IMG/VR virus record: IMGVR_UViG_3300008050_007680
Coordinates: 1-64,000 of that record
Length of the DNA stretch: 64,000 nt
Reading direction: 5' to 3' (one strand)
Origin: an uncultured virus (IMG/VR IMGVR_UViG_3300008050_007680)
Taxonomy: Duplodnaviria > Heunggongvirae > Uroviricota > Caudoviricetes
Position 1 is the first letter of the stretch. Each line of letters opens with the position of its first letter. A program made the translations under genes and the position numbers. Shown one piece after another: positions 17,771 to 27,478 of the stretch. The notes under the pieces were generated by a model that saw only the letters and a list, made by a program, of their open reading frames with translations, did not search any database and had not been told where the DNA came from.

Positions 17771-18005
17771 GCAATAATTTTCTTTTTATATTCTTCTCTA
17801 TTTGGCAAACTCTCATTCGTGTTAACCCAAATACATCACCAATTTGTTCCAAGGTCATTCCCTTGTGTTGGTTCGTTGCAATCAACGCACAATTGTGAGA
17901 AGAATCATGATCTATCCAATATTTACAAGAAGACTCTTTACAATCTGACTTATATCGTTCTCTCGCAGAAAAACAGGTATCACCTTCAACAATTTTTTCA
18001 TCCAT
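17733..18005 (-). CDS. stand-alone sigma-70 region 4 HTH protein with 4-Cys N-terminus
   Basis: MTLEQIGDVFGLTRMRVCQIEKNIKRKL resembles TLEEVG..F.VTRERIRQIE.KAL.KL. Confidence 0.85.
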   Translation of the reverse strand: MDEKIVEGDTCFSARERYKSDCKESSCKYWIDHDSSHNCALIATNQHKGMTLEQIGDVFGLTRMRVCQIEKNIKRKLLPILSDLDLPSEP

Positions 18006-18033
18006 TTATTATCTTAACAAATGGATGAAAAAA
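17993..18033. promoter_or_regulatory. 15-bp perfect inverted repeat covering the sigma-4 start codon
   Basis: TTTTTTCATCCATTT-N11-AAATGGATGAAAAAA. Confidence 0.7.
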
Positions 18034-18058
18034 AGTACAGTAAATAAATGAGGTTACA

Positions 18059-19366
18059 TTGAAAAAAACATTTTGCCTAGATACTAATGTCTTACTTTAC
18101 GATCCGAGATCAATTTTTTCTTTTGGCGATAATGACGTAATTATCCCCCTTGTTGTACTAGAAGAACTAGATAAACAGAAAACGAGACAAGACGAAGTTG
18201 GAAAAAATGCAAGAACGACCAACAGAATCTTAGATGATCTAAGAACGAAGGGGAATCTTTCTTCTGGCATTAAACTTGATTCTGGTGGCACTTTAAAAAT
18301 TGTCACTAAAAACTTTAGTGATGACATTATTCCTCCAGAGCTTGATGGTGGGAAGAATGATAATCTTATTATCTCGCATGCGCTAGAGATAAGCAAGAAA
18401 ATAAATGGAGTATTTCTAATAACGAAAGATATTAGTATGCGTCTTAAGTGTGACGCTCTGGGTGTTCCATGTGAAGATTATCTAAAGCATAGAGTCGCTG
18501 GTGGTGCTGAGCAGATATTTGGCGGTCTACAAGTCATTCTGACTTCAGGTAATAATATCGATAAGTTTTATGCTTCTAGTGAGTTAAAAGTTGAATCTAT
18601 AGAAAATTGTCCTGAGCTTTTGCCTAATGAATTTGTTGTGCTGAAGAATCATGACGGGTCCTCAGGATCAGCTTTGGCAAGAAATCGTGGTAACATGCTA
18701 AAGCCTCTCGTATATAATAATAGAGAATTCTGGGGAATAAAGCCAAAGAATAAAGAGCAAACATTCGCGACAGATATTCTATTAGACGCTGGTGTCGACT
18801 TAGTATCGTTGATTGGACCTGCAGGTACTGGTAAAACGCTTCTTGCTTTGGCAGCCGGCTTAGAACAAACACTCGAAAAGGGCATTTATAAAAAACTTAT
18901 CGTTAGCAAGCCAGTCATCCCCGTCGGAAAAGATATCGGCTACTTACCCGGTACCAAAGAAGAAAAAATGGCTCCCTGGATTCAACCCATTCGTGACAAC
19001 CTAGAATTCCTCATAGGAAGTGAACAAAACGATACACTAAATATGTTGTTTGAACAAGGGACAATTGAAGTTGAGGCTATGACGTATATTAGAGGAAGAT
19101 CCATTCCAAAAGCGTTTATCATAATCGATGAAGCACAGAACCTTTCAGTGCATGAACTAAAGACAATAATAACACGATGTGCTGAGGGTACTAAAATTGT
19201 CTTGACAGGTGATATTGACCAGATTGATAACAATCTTATTGATGCTGTAAGTAATGGTTTAACGTATGCAGTAGAGAAATTTAAGCATTATGACATTGCT
19301 GGTCATATTACAATGCTTAAGGGCGAAAGATCAAGACTAGCTTCACTAGCTGCAGAGATCTTATAG
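18059..19366 (+). CDS. phoH: PIN-PhoH fusion protein (PhoH2/YlaK type)
   Basis: LDTNVLL, LEELD, ND..I, TKD PIN motifs; GPAGTGKT, IRGRS, DEAQN, GDIDQID. Confidence 0.95.
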   Translation: MKKTFCLDTNVLLYDPRSIFSFGDNDVIIPLVVLEELDKQKTRQDEVGKNARTTNRILDDLRTKGNLSSGIKLDSGGTLKIVTKNFSDDIIPPELDGGKNDNLIISHALEISKKINGVFLITKDISMRLKCDALGVPCEDYLKHRVAGGAEQIFGGLQVILTSGNNIDKFYASSELKVESIENCPELLPNEFVVLKNHDGSSGSALARNRGNMLKPLVYNNREFWGIKPKNKEQTFATDILLDAGVDLVSLIGPAGTGKTLLALAAGLEQTLEKGIYKKLIVSKPVIPVGKDIGYLPGTKEEKMAPWIQPIRDNLEFLIGSEQNDTLNMLFEQGTIEVEAMTYIRGRSIPKAFIIIDEAQNLSVHELKTIITRCAEGTKIVLTGDIDQIDNNLIDAVSNGLTYAVEKFKHYDIAGHITMLKGERSRLASLAAEIL

Positions 19367-19430
19367 AATAAAAAAAGTTAACTTTGTGAGCTCCTGATTA
19401 AACATTTTAATAATAGGCATTAATATAAAA

Positions 19431-21392
19431 ATGGATCTGGTTTGTCCGGAAACAAGGAAATATTCAATGTCTTTTATTAATTTAGGGGCTTCACTCTTTA
19501 ACTCTATTACTATACCTAATAATATTGATGTAGTCTTTGTCTCTGATAATTTTATAGATGATTATTCTGGTGGTGCAGAACTTACTAGTGAAGCTTTAAT
19601 AACATCTAGCCCATTTAATGTTTTTAAGTTAAAATCTAGTGATGTTAGTCTTAAGTTATTAGAATCAGGGCATAAACTTTTCTGGATCTTTGGAAATTAT
19701 TCTAATCTAGATATAAACTTAATTCCTAGTATCTGTGCAAACATAAATTTTTCTATTATAGAATATGATTATAAGTACTGTAAATATAGATCAATAGAAA
19801 AGCACGCAGAAATAGAACAAGCACCATGTAATTGCGAAGATTCTAATAACGGAAAGATGGTTTCTGCATTTATGCATGCTGCCGCCTCATTATGGTGGAT
19901 GTCTGAAGGTCAGATGGAGTTATACCACAGTAAGTTTCCATTTTTGAAGAATGGAAAAAATACTGTTCTTTCATCTGTGTTTGATGATCTTACTTTCGCA
20001 AAAATAAAGACGTTAAGAGAGAAAACTATAAAAACAGATCGTTGGATTGTATTAGGCTCTCCTTCTTGGATTAAAGGTACCAAGGCTGCCGAAGATTTTT
20101 GCATTAAAAATAATCTAGAGTATGATGTTGTATGGAATGTTAGTTATGATGAAATGCTAGCCAAACTAGCAGCAGCACAAGGTTTAGTGTTTATGCCCTC
20201 AGGGATGGACACTTGTCCAAGACTGGTAATCGAAGCTAAACTCCTGGGCTGCAAGCTTCATTTAAATAAAAACGTCCAGCACAAAGATGAGATTTGGTTT
20301 GATACTGATGAGATGCTTGACACAGAATCCTATCTCTATTTATCAAAAGAAAGATTCTGGAATGGCACAAGGTTTGACATGTCATTTGAACCAACAATTT
20401 CAGGATATACGACCACCAAAGACTGCATAACACAAGATTATCCTTTTCAGGAAAGCATCGAATCAATGCTTGGGTTTTGTGATGAAGTGATCGTAGTTGA
20501 CGGCGGCTCAACAGATGGCACTATGGAAGCCTTAGAAGCCCTTGCTAAAACAGAACCAAAATTAATAGTGCATCAGCAAAAAAGAGATTGGCTAGAAAAA
20601 AGATTTGCTGTTCATGATGGCCAACAAAAAGCTCTTGCTAGATCATTATGCACGAAAGATTTTTGCTGGCAGATGGATTCTGACGAGATAGTTCATGAAG
20701 ATGACTATACAAAAATCAAAGCAATAATTCATGAGATACCTAAGAGCGCTGATTTATTAGCTCTCCCGATGATTGAATACTGGGGAAGTGAAGAAAAAGT
20801 TAGATGTGATGTTAATTTGTGGAAGTGGCGCCTGAGTAGAAATAAGCCTTATATAACTCATGGAATACCTGCCAAGCTTAGAAAATTCGATGAAAATGGA
20901 AAATTATACTCTGCGCCGGGGTCTGATGGGTGTGACTATATTAGGTTTGATAATTACGAGCCTATCCCATGCATAAACTTTGTAACGCCTGACGTATATC
21001 AAGCACAGCAGGCGTCTCATACGAATGCTGGTGCCTTGAGCAGTTTAAATGGGTGGTTTGATCAAGTTATAGATGCGATGCCCAGTGTCCATCATTATTC
21101 ATGGTTTAACCTTAACAGAAAAATAAAAACATACAAGCTGTATTGGAGTAAGCATTGGGAAAGTCTTTTTGATGTTAAACAAGATGACACTCCAGAACAG
21201 AATATGTTTTTTGATAAAGCTTGGAAAGATGTTACTGACACAGACATCAAAGACTTATCATTACGATTAAAAACTAAGATGGGCGGTTGGGTTTTTCATA
21301 ACAAAATCGATTTTAGCAAACCTACGAAACATTTGTGTGTTAAAATTAAATCACCTGCTAATATGACTACCTGGATAGAGAGAAACAAGTAA
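19431..21392 (+). CDS. fused GT-B (GT4-like) and GT2 glycosyltransferase
   Basis: GGAE, WIKG, DTCPRLVIEAKLLGC; then VVDGGSTDGT, QMDSDE. Confidence 0.85.
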   Translation: MDLVCPETRKYSMSFINLGASLFNSITIPNNIDVVFVSDNFIDDYSGGAELTSEALITSSPFNVFKLKSSDVSLKLLESGHKLFWIFGNYSNLDINLIPSICANINFSIIEYDYKYCKYRSIEKHAEIEQAPCNCEDSNNGKMVSAFMHAAASLWWMSEGQMELYHSKFPFLKNGKNTVLSSVFDDLTFAKIKTLREKTIKTDRWIVLGSPSWIKGTKAAEDFCIKNNLEYDVVWNVSYDEMLAKLAAAQGLVFMPSGMDTCPRLVIEAKLLGCKLHLNKNVQHKDEIWFDTDEMLDTESYLYLSKERFWNGTRFDMSFEPTISGYTTTKDCITQDYPFQESIESMLGFCDEVIVVDGGSTDGTMEALEALAKTEPKLIVHQQKRDWLEKRFAVHDGQQKALARSLCTKDFCWQMDSDEIVHEDDYTKIKAIIHEIPKSADLLALPMIEYWGSEEKVRCDVNLWKWRLSRNKPYITHGIPAKLRKFDENGKLYSAPGSDGCDYIRFDNYEPIPCINFVTPDVYQAQQASHTNAGALSSLNGWFDQVIDAMPSVHHYSWFNLNRKIKTYKLYWSKHWESLFDVKQDDTPEQNMFFDKAWKDVTDTDIKDLSLRLKTKMGGWVFHNKIDFSKPTKHLCVKIKSPANMTTWIERNK

Positions 21393-22120
21393 TGAAAACA
21401 ACAAGCATTAAACAAAAGCTAGAAGAAATTGACTTCCCTGTATGCGATATCACGCTTGGTGATTTTGATTACATCGGTGAGTTTACGGCAAAGAAAAATA
21501 GAAGCCCAGGTAGCGAGCTATATAAAACTGCAGGCTGTTTTTTTAGACCAAATTATGAGCGTGGTTTACTAATCTATCACATGGTCAAGCGTTTCGAAAT
21601 AAAATCATTTTTTGAAATTGGCTTCGGACGAGGCTACGGTGCATTTTGTGCTGCAAAAGCTATGTCCGATATGGGATGGTCCGATGCAAGAGTGTACTCA
21701 GTGGATCCGAACGTCGACCAAGCTCATATAGAAAATTTAACAAAGATTTTTCCAAAAGATTGGTTCGATCACTTAATGCTAATGAAAGGTACTGTAACTG
21801 AAGCTTTGCAACACATTCCTGAGAGTATTGACATGGTTTATATCGATGGTGATCATAGATATGATGCCGTAAAACATGACTGGGAATCTGTTAAAGACAT
21901 ATACACAAAGTTTGTGCTCTTCGATGATTATAATGAGGCTGAGACTAAAGATATCGAGTGTAAAAAGCTTATCGATGAAATCCCTCTTGAAAAAGAGCTT
22001 ATAATCAGTGATCGCCGAATATTTTTTGACGATCGCCGAATCCCTGATGAAGAAATTGATTATGGCCAAGTTTTAATAAAGCACCCTGATTATGATATTT
22101 CTGATCTTGTGGGGTGGTAA
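21392..22120 (+). CDS. class I SAM-dependent methyltransferase (Methyltransf_24-like)
   Basis: FEIGFGRG, YIDGDHRY..VKHD, LFDDY. Confidence 0.88.
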   Translation: MKTTSIKQKLEEIDFPVCDITLGDFDYIGEFTAKKNRSPGSELYKTAGCFFRPNYERGLLIYHMVKRFEIKSFFEIGFGRGYGAFCAAKAMSDMGWSDARVYSVDPNVDQAHIENLTKIFPKDWFDHLMLMKGTVTEALQHIPESIDMVYIDGDHRYDAVKHDWESVKDIYTKFVLFDDYNEAETKDIECKKLIDEIPLEKELIISDRRIFFDDRRIPDEEIDYGQVLIKHPDYDISDLVGW

Positions 22121-22810
22121 GTGACAGTTTTATTTATTATACCGAGCTATAACGCACAAGAGAATATAGAAGCATTAACATACTCAATTATTTCGCAGCA
22201 GTCGCAAGATTGGCGTGCTGTTGTTATTGATGATTGCTCAGAGTCACCCCTTGTATTACCTGATTATTGTACATTAAAATTTCATTTGATAAGAAATGAC
22301 GAAAGACAATACGCATTGAAAAACATCATTAGTGCTGTTAAGGCTCATTCATCAAAAGATGATATTATCGCTGTAATTGATGGCGATGACTCATTATGTA
22401 ATGTAAATACTGTTGATATTTTGATGAATGAATATGAAGCCGGTCATGATGTAGTTTGGACAGCACATAAGTGGGATATAAACGGGTTAAACATATCAAG
22501 AGACTTACTTCCTCGTGATCCATACCAAACTCCCTGGGTGTCATCACATCTGAGAACTTTCAAAGCATCACTACTAGATCAAATCCCAGAGTCAAATTTT
22601 CAGGATAACGTTGGTGATTGGTTTAAAAGGGGATATGATCAAGCGTTAATGTTACCTTTACTCACTGTCGCTTCATCAAAGAAGTATGTATCTGAAGTAT
22701 GCTATCTTTATAACATTGAATCATGCTCAATCTCTGATAGAGACTGGGCCGAGGCAAAGCAGTTACAGACGATTAATTTTGTGAGGTCACGCGGGTTCTT
22801 GCATGAATAA
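22121..22810 (+). CDS. glycosyltransferase family 2
   Basis: IIPSYN, IDDCS, IDGDD, SHLRTF, YLYN. Confidence 0.9.
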   Translation: MTVLFIIPSYNAQENIEALTYSIISQQSQDWRAVVIDDCSESPLVLPDYCTLKFHLIRNDERQYALKNIISAVKAHSSKDDIIAVIDGDDSLCNVNTVDILMNEYEAGHDVVWTAHKWDINGLNISRDLLPRDPYQTPWVSSHLRTFKASLLDQIPESNFQDNVGDWFKRGYDQALMLPLLTVASSKKYVSEVCYLYNIESCSISDRDWAEAKQLQTINFVRSRGFLHE

Positions 22811-23216
22811 TCATGTCATACAAAAGTTTAGAACAAAAGAGGGTTATATGACGCCCATCTTTAAAGATTACGACGCTTGGCATGAGAATCATGAAGTAAA
22901 GATGGTATATACAACCTCAATGTCACTTCATTCTGTCAAAGGCCCCATCGTACATACTAAAAGAGATAGTCTTGTCACTGCGATTTCTGGTGTAGTTATG
23001 CTTGTCACTGAAGTTAATGGCATAAAAGAAGAGATAATGCTAAGAGACAGAGCTGGGAAGTCTATATTAGCAAAGATTATTGCGGGTGTACCAGCGCAGT
23101 ATAAATGTATGTCTGCTGAAGGTATTATTCTTTGTATGCCTAATATCGCCTGGCATGAAAAAACTGATGATTCTGTTAAATTTGATAACTGGGAAGAGTA
23201 TAATTTAAGTAAATGA
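22803..23216 (+). CDS. cupin, RmlC-like NDP-sugar epimerase/isomerase
   Basis: VKGPIVH.KR...AISG.V and I.AGV pattern; position before the dehydratase. Confidence 0.6.
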   Translation: MNNHVIQKFRTKEGYMTPIFKDYDAWHENHEVKMVYTTSMSLHSVKGPIVHTKRDSLVTAISGVVMLVTEVNGIKEEIMLRDRAGKSILAKIIAGVPAQYKCMSAEGIILCMPNIAWHEKTDDSVKFDNWEEYNLSK

Positions 23217-24181
23217 ACAGGCTAGAAAGAAAGAAAGTTATTCTATGTACTGGAGGCCTTGGTTTCATTGGCTCACATTTCGTTGATCTATGCTTGAGAC
23301 ATGGACATAAGGTAATAAACATAGACAAAGAGACATATGCAGCAAATACTGGGATGAAGCTTGTTTGTTCAACAGGCGAGTATGCATATAAGAAAGCAGA
23401 CATTAGCAAATTAGATGATATTCCTCATTGTGATGTTATAGTAAATTTTGCTGCTGAGTCTCATGTGGATAACTCTATTTCTGGCAATGACGTATTTTTA
23501 AATTCGAATGTTTTAGGTGTTCATAATCTTTTGGAGATAATAAAGAACAAAAAAATAAAGAATATGATGTCGTCTTGGTCATATAAACCCCCACTATTCA
23601 TCCAGATATCAACTGATGAAGTATTCGGGGATATCTTACATGGGTTTTTCAAAGAAGATGATAGGCATATGCCAAGCAACCCGTATGCAGCAACAAAATC
23701 GATGGCCGAACAGCTTGTCGTGTCTTGGGGCAGAACGTACGGTCTCCCATATATTATAACAAGAACAACAAATAATTATGGGCCTCGGCAACACGTCGAA
23801 AAATTGATTCCTAACGTGATCACGAAGTTAGTAACTGGCAAAAAAGCGCTAGTTCATGGTGATGGTTCATACATCAGAAACTGGATCCATGTTGATGATA
23901 ATGTAGAGGCTCTTTACAAGATAATAAGCGAGGGTAACTGCAATGAGTCTTATCATATAGCTTCACCTGAAGAATTTAGCGTGAAAGAAATTGTTGAAAA
24001 GGTCTGCAAGTTTAGAAAGCTAAAGTATGATGATGTCGTTGACTCAAGTAATGACCGTTCTGGGTGTGATTTGAGATATGCTTTAGATTGTTCAAAGACT
24101 AAAGCATTAGGCTGGGCTCCACGTCATACATTCGACAAACAATTAAAGAATTTAATACAATATTACTGTGATGACATATAA
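23213..24181 (+). CDS. rfbB: dTDP-glucose 4,6-dehydratase
   Basis: TGGLGFIGS, DKETYA, AAESHVDNS, STDEVFG, PYAATK, NNYGP.Q..EKLIP. Confidence 0.92.
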   Translation: MNRLERKKVILCTGGLGFIGSHFVDLCLRHGHKVINIDKETYAANTGMKLVCSTGEYAYKKADISKLDDIPHCDVIVNFAAESHVDNSISGNDVFLNSNVLGVHNLLEIIKNKKIKNMMSSWSYKPPLFIQISTDEVFGDILHGFFKEDDRHMPSNPYAATKSMAEQLVVSWGRTYGLPYIITRTTNNYGPRQHVEKLIPNVITKLVTGKKALVHGDGSYIRNWIHVDDNVEALYKIISEGNCNESYHIASPEEFSVKEIVEKVCKFRKLKYDDVVDSSNDRSGCDLRYALDCSKTKALGWAPRHTFDKQLKNLIQYYCDDI

Positions 24182-24187
24182 TAAAAA

Positions 24188-25294
24188 ATGATTCCTTTAT
24201 TTAAGCCTAATATTCCTAAAAACTTGGGTGTGACACTGCAAAAGGTTTTTGATTCTGGGATGTTAACTGAGGGTGCTTTATCTGATGAATTTGAGGAAAA
24301 GTTTTCCAAATTAATTGATAATCCATATACTGCATTAACAAACAGCTGCACGTCTGCGCTTACATTAGCATATAAATTATGTGATGTACAACAGGGTGAT
24401 GTAGTTATCACAACGCCTATGACATGTATGGCAACAAACGTTCCACTCCATAACCTCGGAGCAAAATTAGCATGGGCGGATGTCAGTAAACAAACTGGCA
24501 ATATTAGCTGCCGGTCCGTTGAGGAATTATTAAAGAAACACAAAGGGAAAGTGAAAGCCGTTGTCTGCGTTCATTGGGCCGGTGAACCAGTTTGCTTGTC
24601 AGGCCTGAAGGAGATTTGTGGGAAAGCGAATGTGCCACTCGTTGCTGACGCAGCGCACGCCCTTTGTGCGAAATACAAAGGGGTTGATATTTCACACTGG
24701 GCGGACTACACATGTTATTCCTTTCAGGCAATAAAGCACTTAACAACAATCGACGGTGGTGCACTAGCCTGTAGAAACAAGCTTGATTTCGAAAAAGTAA
24801 AATTGCTTAGGTGGTTTGGTTTAGACAGAAAATACCCAGGGTCAAAGTGGGAACAAGATATCTCTCTTGCTGGTTATAAGTTTCATATGAATAATGTAAA
24901 TGCAGCAGTAGGTCTTGAGCAACTAAAGAATATAAACATGATTTTGTCGCGCCATGTCAACAATGCTAACCGTTATCGTCGTGAGCTAAAGACAGAATAC
25001 CAGGTTCGCCGCAGCAAAGAATTTGGCACAAGATCAGCAGATTGGTTATTTACTATCCATGTTGAAGACCCTAAAGCTTTTAAAACATTTATGAATGAGC
25101 GGGATATACAAGTAGATCAGGTTCATATGAGGAATGATAAGTACACGGTTTTTAGAAGTCACTGCAAAGGTAATGATAGTTTACCCGGCGTATCAGCATT
25201 TTGTGCACATATGACAAATATACCTGTGGGCGCCCATTTAAGTGATGATGATGTAACAAGGGTCATTGAGGCAGTAAATGCATACTCTCAATGA
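24188..25294 (+). CDS. DegT/DnrJ/EryC1/StrS PLP-dependent sugar aminotransferase
   Basis: NSCTSAL, DAAHA, SFQAIKHLTTIDGG, GYKFHM. Confidence 0.93.
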   Translation: MIPLFKPNIPKNLGVTLQKVFDSGMLTEGALSDEFEEKFSKLIDNPYTALTNSCTSALTLAYKLCDVQQGDVVITTPMTCMATNVPLHNLGAKLAWADVSKQTGNISCRSVEELLKKHKGKVKAVVCVHWAGEPVCLSGLKEICGKANVPLVADAAHALCAKYKGVDISHWADYTCYSFQAIKHLTTIDGGALACRNKLDFEKVKLLRWFGLDRKYPGSKWEQDISLAGYKFHMNNVNAAVGLEQLKNINMILSRHVNNANRYRRELKTEYQVRRSKEFGTRSADWLFTIHVEDPKAFKTFMNERDIQVDQVHMRNDKYTVFRSHCKGNDSLPGVSAFCAHMTNIPVGAHLSDDDVTRVIEAVNAYSQ

Positions 25295-25835
25295 TGGAAT
25301 AAGCCTTCGAGTACTCGAAAAAAAGGACTTAGAGTGGGCCCGTTTACTACATAATGAACCATCGACACTTTGTATGCTTACTAATAACGAGCCAGTAAGT
25401 CAGGTGCAACAACACATGTGGTTCAAAAAACTATGTATATCTCCGACGTCATCTAGATGGGTCATTACATGCAAGGCACCAGCTGGGGACGTTCCAGTGG
25501 GTGTTGTTCGTATTGACAACAAAGACTATAAGAATTCGAGTGTACAAATTGGCCTCGATATCGCCTCGGCTCACCGCCGACAGGGCATTGCGACAAAGGT
25601 ATATAAATATTTGTTGACATTCTTCTTTGATAAGCTTGAAATGAATAGGATTTCATTAAAAGTTCTTGAAACAAATCTTGGAGCAAAACGAATTTACGAA
25701 AAGCTCGGGTTTATCCAAGAAGGTATTGAGCGTCAGGCAATTTATAGGGACGGTAAGTTTATCGACTATATACTGATGTCAGTGCTTAGGGATGAATATG
25801 AAAAAAATAGAAATAGGTATAGCACTATCGCGTAA
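25278..25835 (+). CDS. GNAT N-acetyltransferase (RimJ/PseH-like)
   Basis: HRRQGIA, VLETN..A..IYEKLGF..EG. Confidence 0.9.
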   Translation: MHTLNDGISLRVLEKKDLEWARLLHNEPSTLCMLTNNEPVSQVQQHMWFKKLCISPTSSRWVITCKAPAGDVPVGVVRIDNKDYKNSSVQIGLDIASAHRRQGIATKVYKYLLTFFFDKLEMNRISLKVLETNLGAKRIYEKLGFIQEGIERQAIYRDGKFIDYILMSVLRDEYEKNRNRYSTIA

Positions 25836-26601
25836 CGGAAATGCATACCTTCGCTTTCTGATAGAAACACTAAAGCGAACAGTAAATGACTTTAATAGAT
25901 TCACTTTTATAATTGGCGTAGATTCTTTTGAAGTCGATGAAAAAGAAACCAAAGACATTTTAAAACAAGCAGGACTCTATAGAGATAATTCTACTTTTAT
26001 ATTAAAAAGCAAGAGTGAATATGGTAGCATGCATCATGGCCTATCACTAGATGAAGTATTCCAGCGAATGACAGAGGATATTTGCATTTTAATGGACTGT
26101 GATGTTGCTTTTCTACAAAATGATTGGGACAATAAAATGTTACAGACACTAGTTGGTGATGTTGTAATTGTAGGCGCCGAGTATGACGGAAAGAAGTACT
26201 CTGAATTCCCCAACGTGATATGTGCAATGTTCAGAAGAGACATTATCAAAAGTTTAAATGTAAGTTTTAAACCTGAGGGTATGGTAACTATTACAGAGAC
26301 TAACAACGCGTGGTACAAGAGAGAAGTCGCCGAGCAAATATTGCTAGATACAGGCTCAGAGCTTCCAAGAAAAATTATACAAGCAGGTTTAGCAGGAAAG
26401 CATATGCATTTGCATAGAGCGAAATCATCTAGCGCAGTTTTCATGAAACAAGATACACGGGGAGAAGAATACCAATTATTCGGTGAACCTGTTTTTACAC
26501 ATATAGGCAGATCATTTACAAGATGCTTTGGTAAAGATTCAAATGCAATTATATGGGAAAAAAATGTGAGGGATTGGTTAAATGCGAATTCTATTCGATA
26601 A
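25792..26601 (+). CDS. putative GT-A fold glycosyltransferase
   Basis: GSMHHG, LMDCDV DxD motif, LDTG. Confidence 0.65.
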   Translation: MNMKKIEIGIALSRNGNAYLRFLIETLKRTVNDFNRFTFIIGVDSFEVDEKETKDILKQAGLYRDNSTFILKSKSEYGSMHHGLSLDEVFQRMTEDICILMDCDVAFLQNDWDNKMLQTLVGDVVIVGAEYDGKKYSEFPNVICAMFRRDIIKSLNVSFKPEGMVTITETNNAWYKREVAEQILLDTGSELPRKIIQAGLAGKHMHLHRAKSSSAVFMKQDTRGEEYQLFGEPVFTHIGRSFTRCFGKDSNAIIWEKNVRDWLNANSIR

Positions 26602-27478
26602 CGTAAACTTTTTATCAAGAACTGGACCAAATGCGTTCGGCCATAAGCTAGCAACCCAGCTATCAAAAAATGGGCACATTATAGTAAACGAAGATGAATC
26701 ACCAGATGTTCAACTGTCGTTTATTCAAGCCCTTTCTACTAAATCGCCGATGGTCCAACGTTTGGATGGGATTTGGTTTAACAACACACAAGATTGGAAA
26801 ACACAGAATCTAAAAATAAAAGATACGTATAATAAAGCAAAATCGGTAGTCTTTCAATCTAGTTTTGATAAAAAGTTAGTAGAAACGTTTTTTGGGCCTC
26901 ATGAATCGTCGGAAATTATACGTAATGGTACCAATATTGACTACATCGATAGCATTGATCCAATGTATGCTCCTACGCTACAGTCCGTTGATAAAGTGTG
27001 GTCATGTGCAGCTTCATGGAGGCCGCATAAGCGGCTAAGCGAAAACGTGAGATATTTTAAAGAGCATGCTGGCCATAAAGATTGCTTAATCATTGCCGGC
27101 GCAAACCCAGACTACAAAGTGGTTGATCCAAGAATATTTTATGCTGGTGATTTAGACTATAAGACGTTAGTATCTTTATACAAAGCAACTGATTATTTCT
27201 TGCATCTGGCCTGGTTAGATCATTGTCCAAATTGCGTCGTTGATGCCAGAGCCGCAGGATGCCAGATTATTTGTTCCTCATCTGGTGGTACAAGAGAAAT
27301 TGCGGGCAAGAATTCTGTTGTGATAAACGAAGCGCCATGGGATTTTAAGCCTTGCAATTTATATAACCCGCCTCAAATGGATTTTTCAAGAAAATCACCA
27401 AACTTAGAAGAATCAGAACTTGATATTAGAAATACTGCTGTTAAATACACGAGGGTTTTAGAAAATGCAAAAGCGTAA
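26582..27478 (+). CDS. glycosyltransferase family 4
   Basis: TGP..F, RLDG, IRNG, DHCPNCVVDARAAG, SGGTRE. Confidence 0.88.
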   Translation: MRILFDNVNFLSRTGPNAFGHKLATQLSKNGHIIVNEDESPDVQLSFIQALSTKSPMVQRLDGIWFNNTQDWKTQNLKIKDTYNKAKSVVFQSSFDKKLVETFFGPHESSEIIRNGTNIDYIDSIDPMYAPTLQSVDKVWSCAASWRPHKRLSENVRYFKEHAGHKDCLIIAGANPDYKVVDPRIFYAGDLDYKTLVSLYKATDYFLHLAWLDHCPNCVVDARAAGCQIICSSSGGTREIAGKNSVVINEAPWDFKPCNLYNPPQMDFSRKSPNLEESELDIRNTAVKYTRVLENAKA

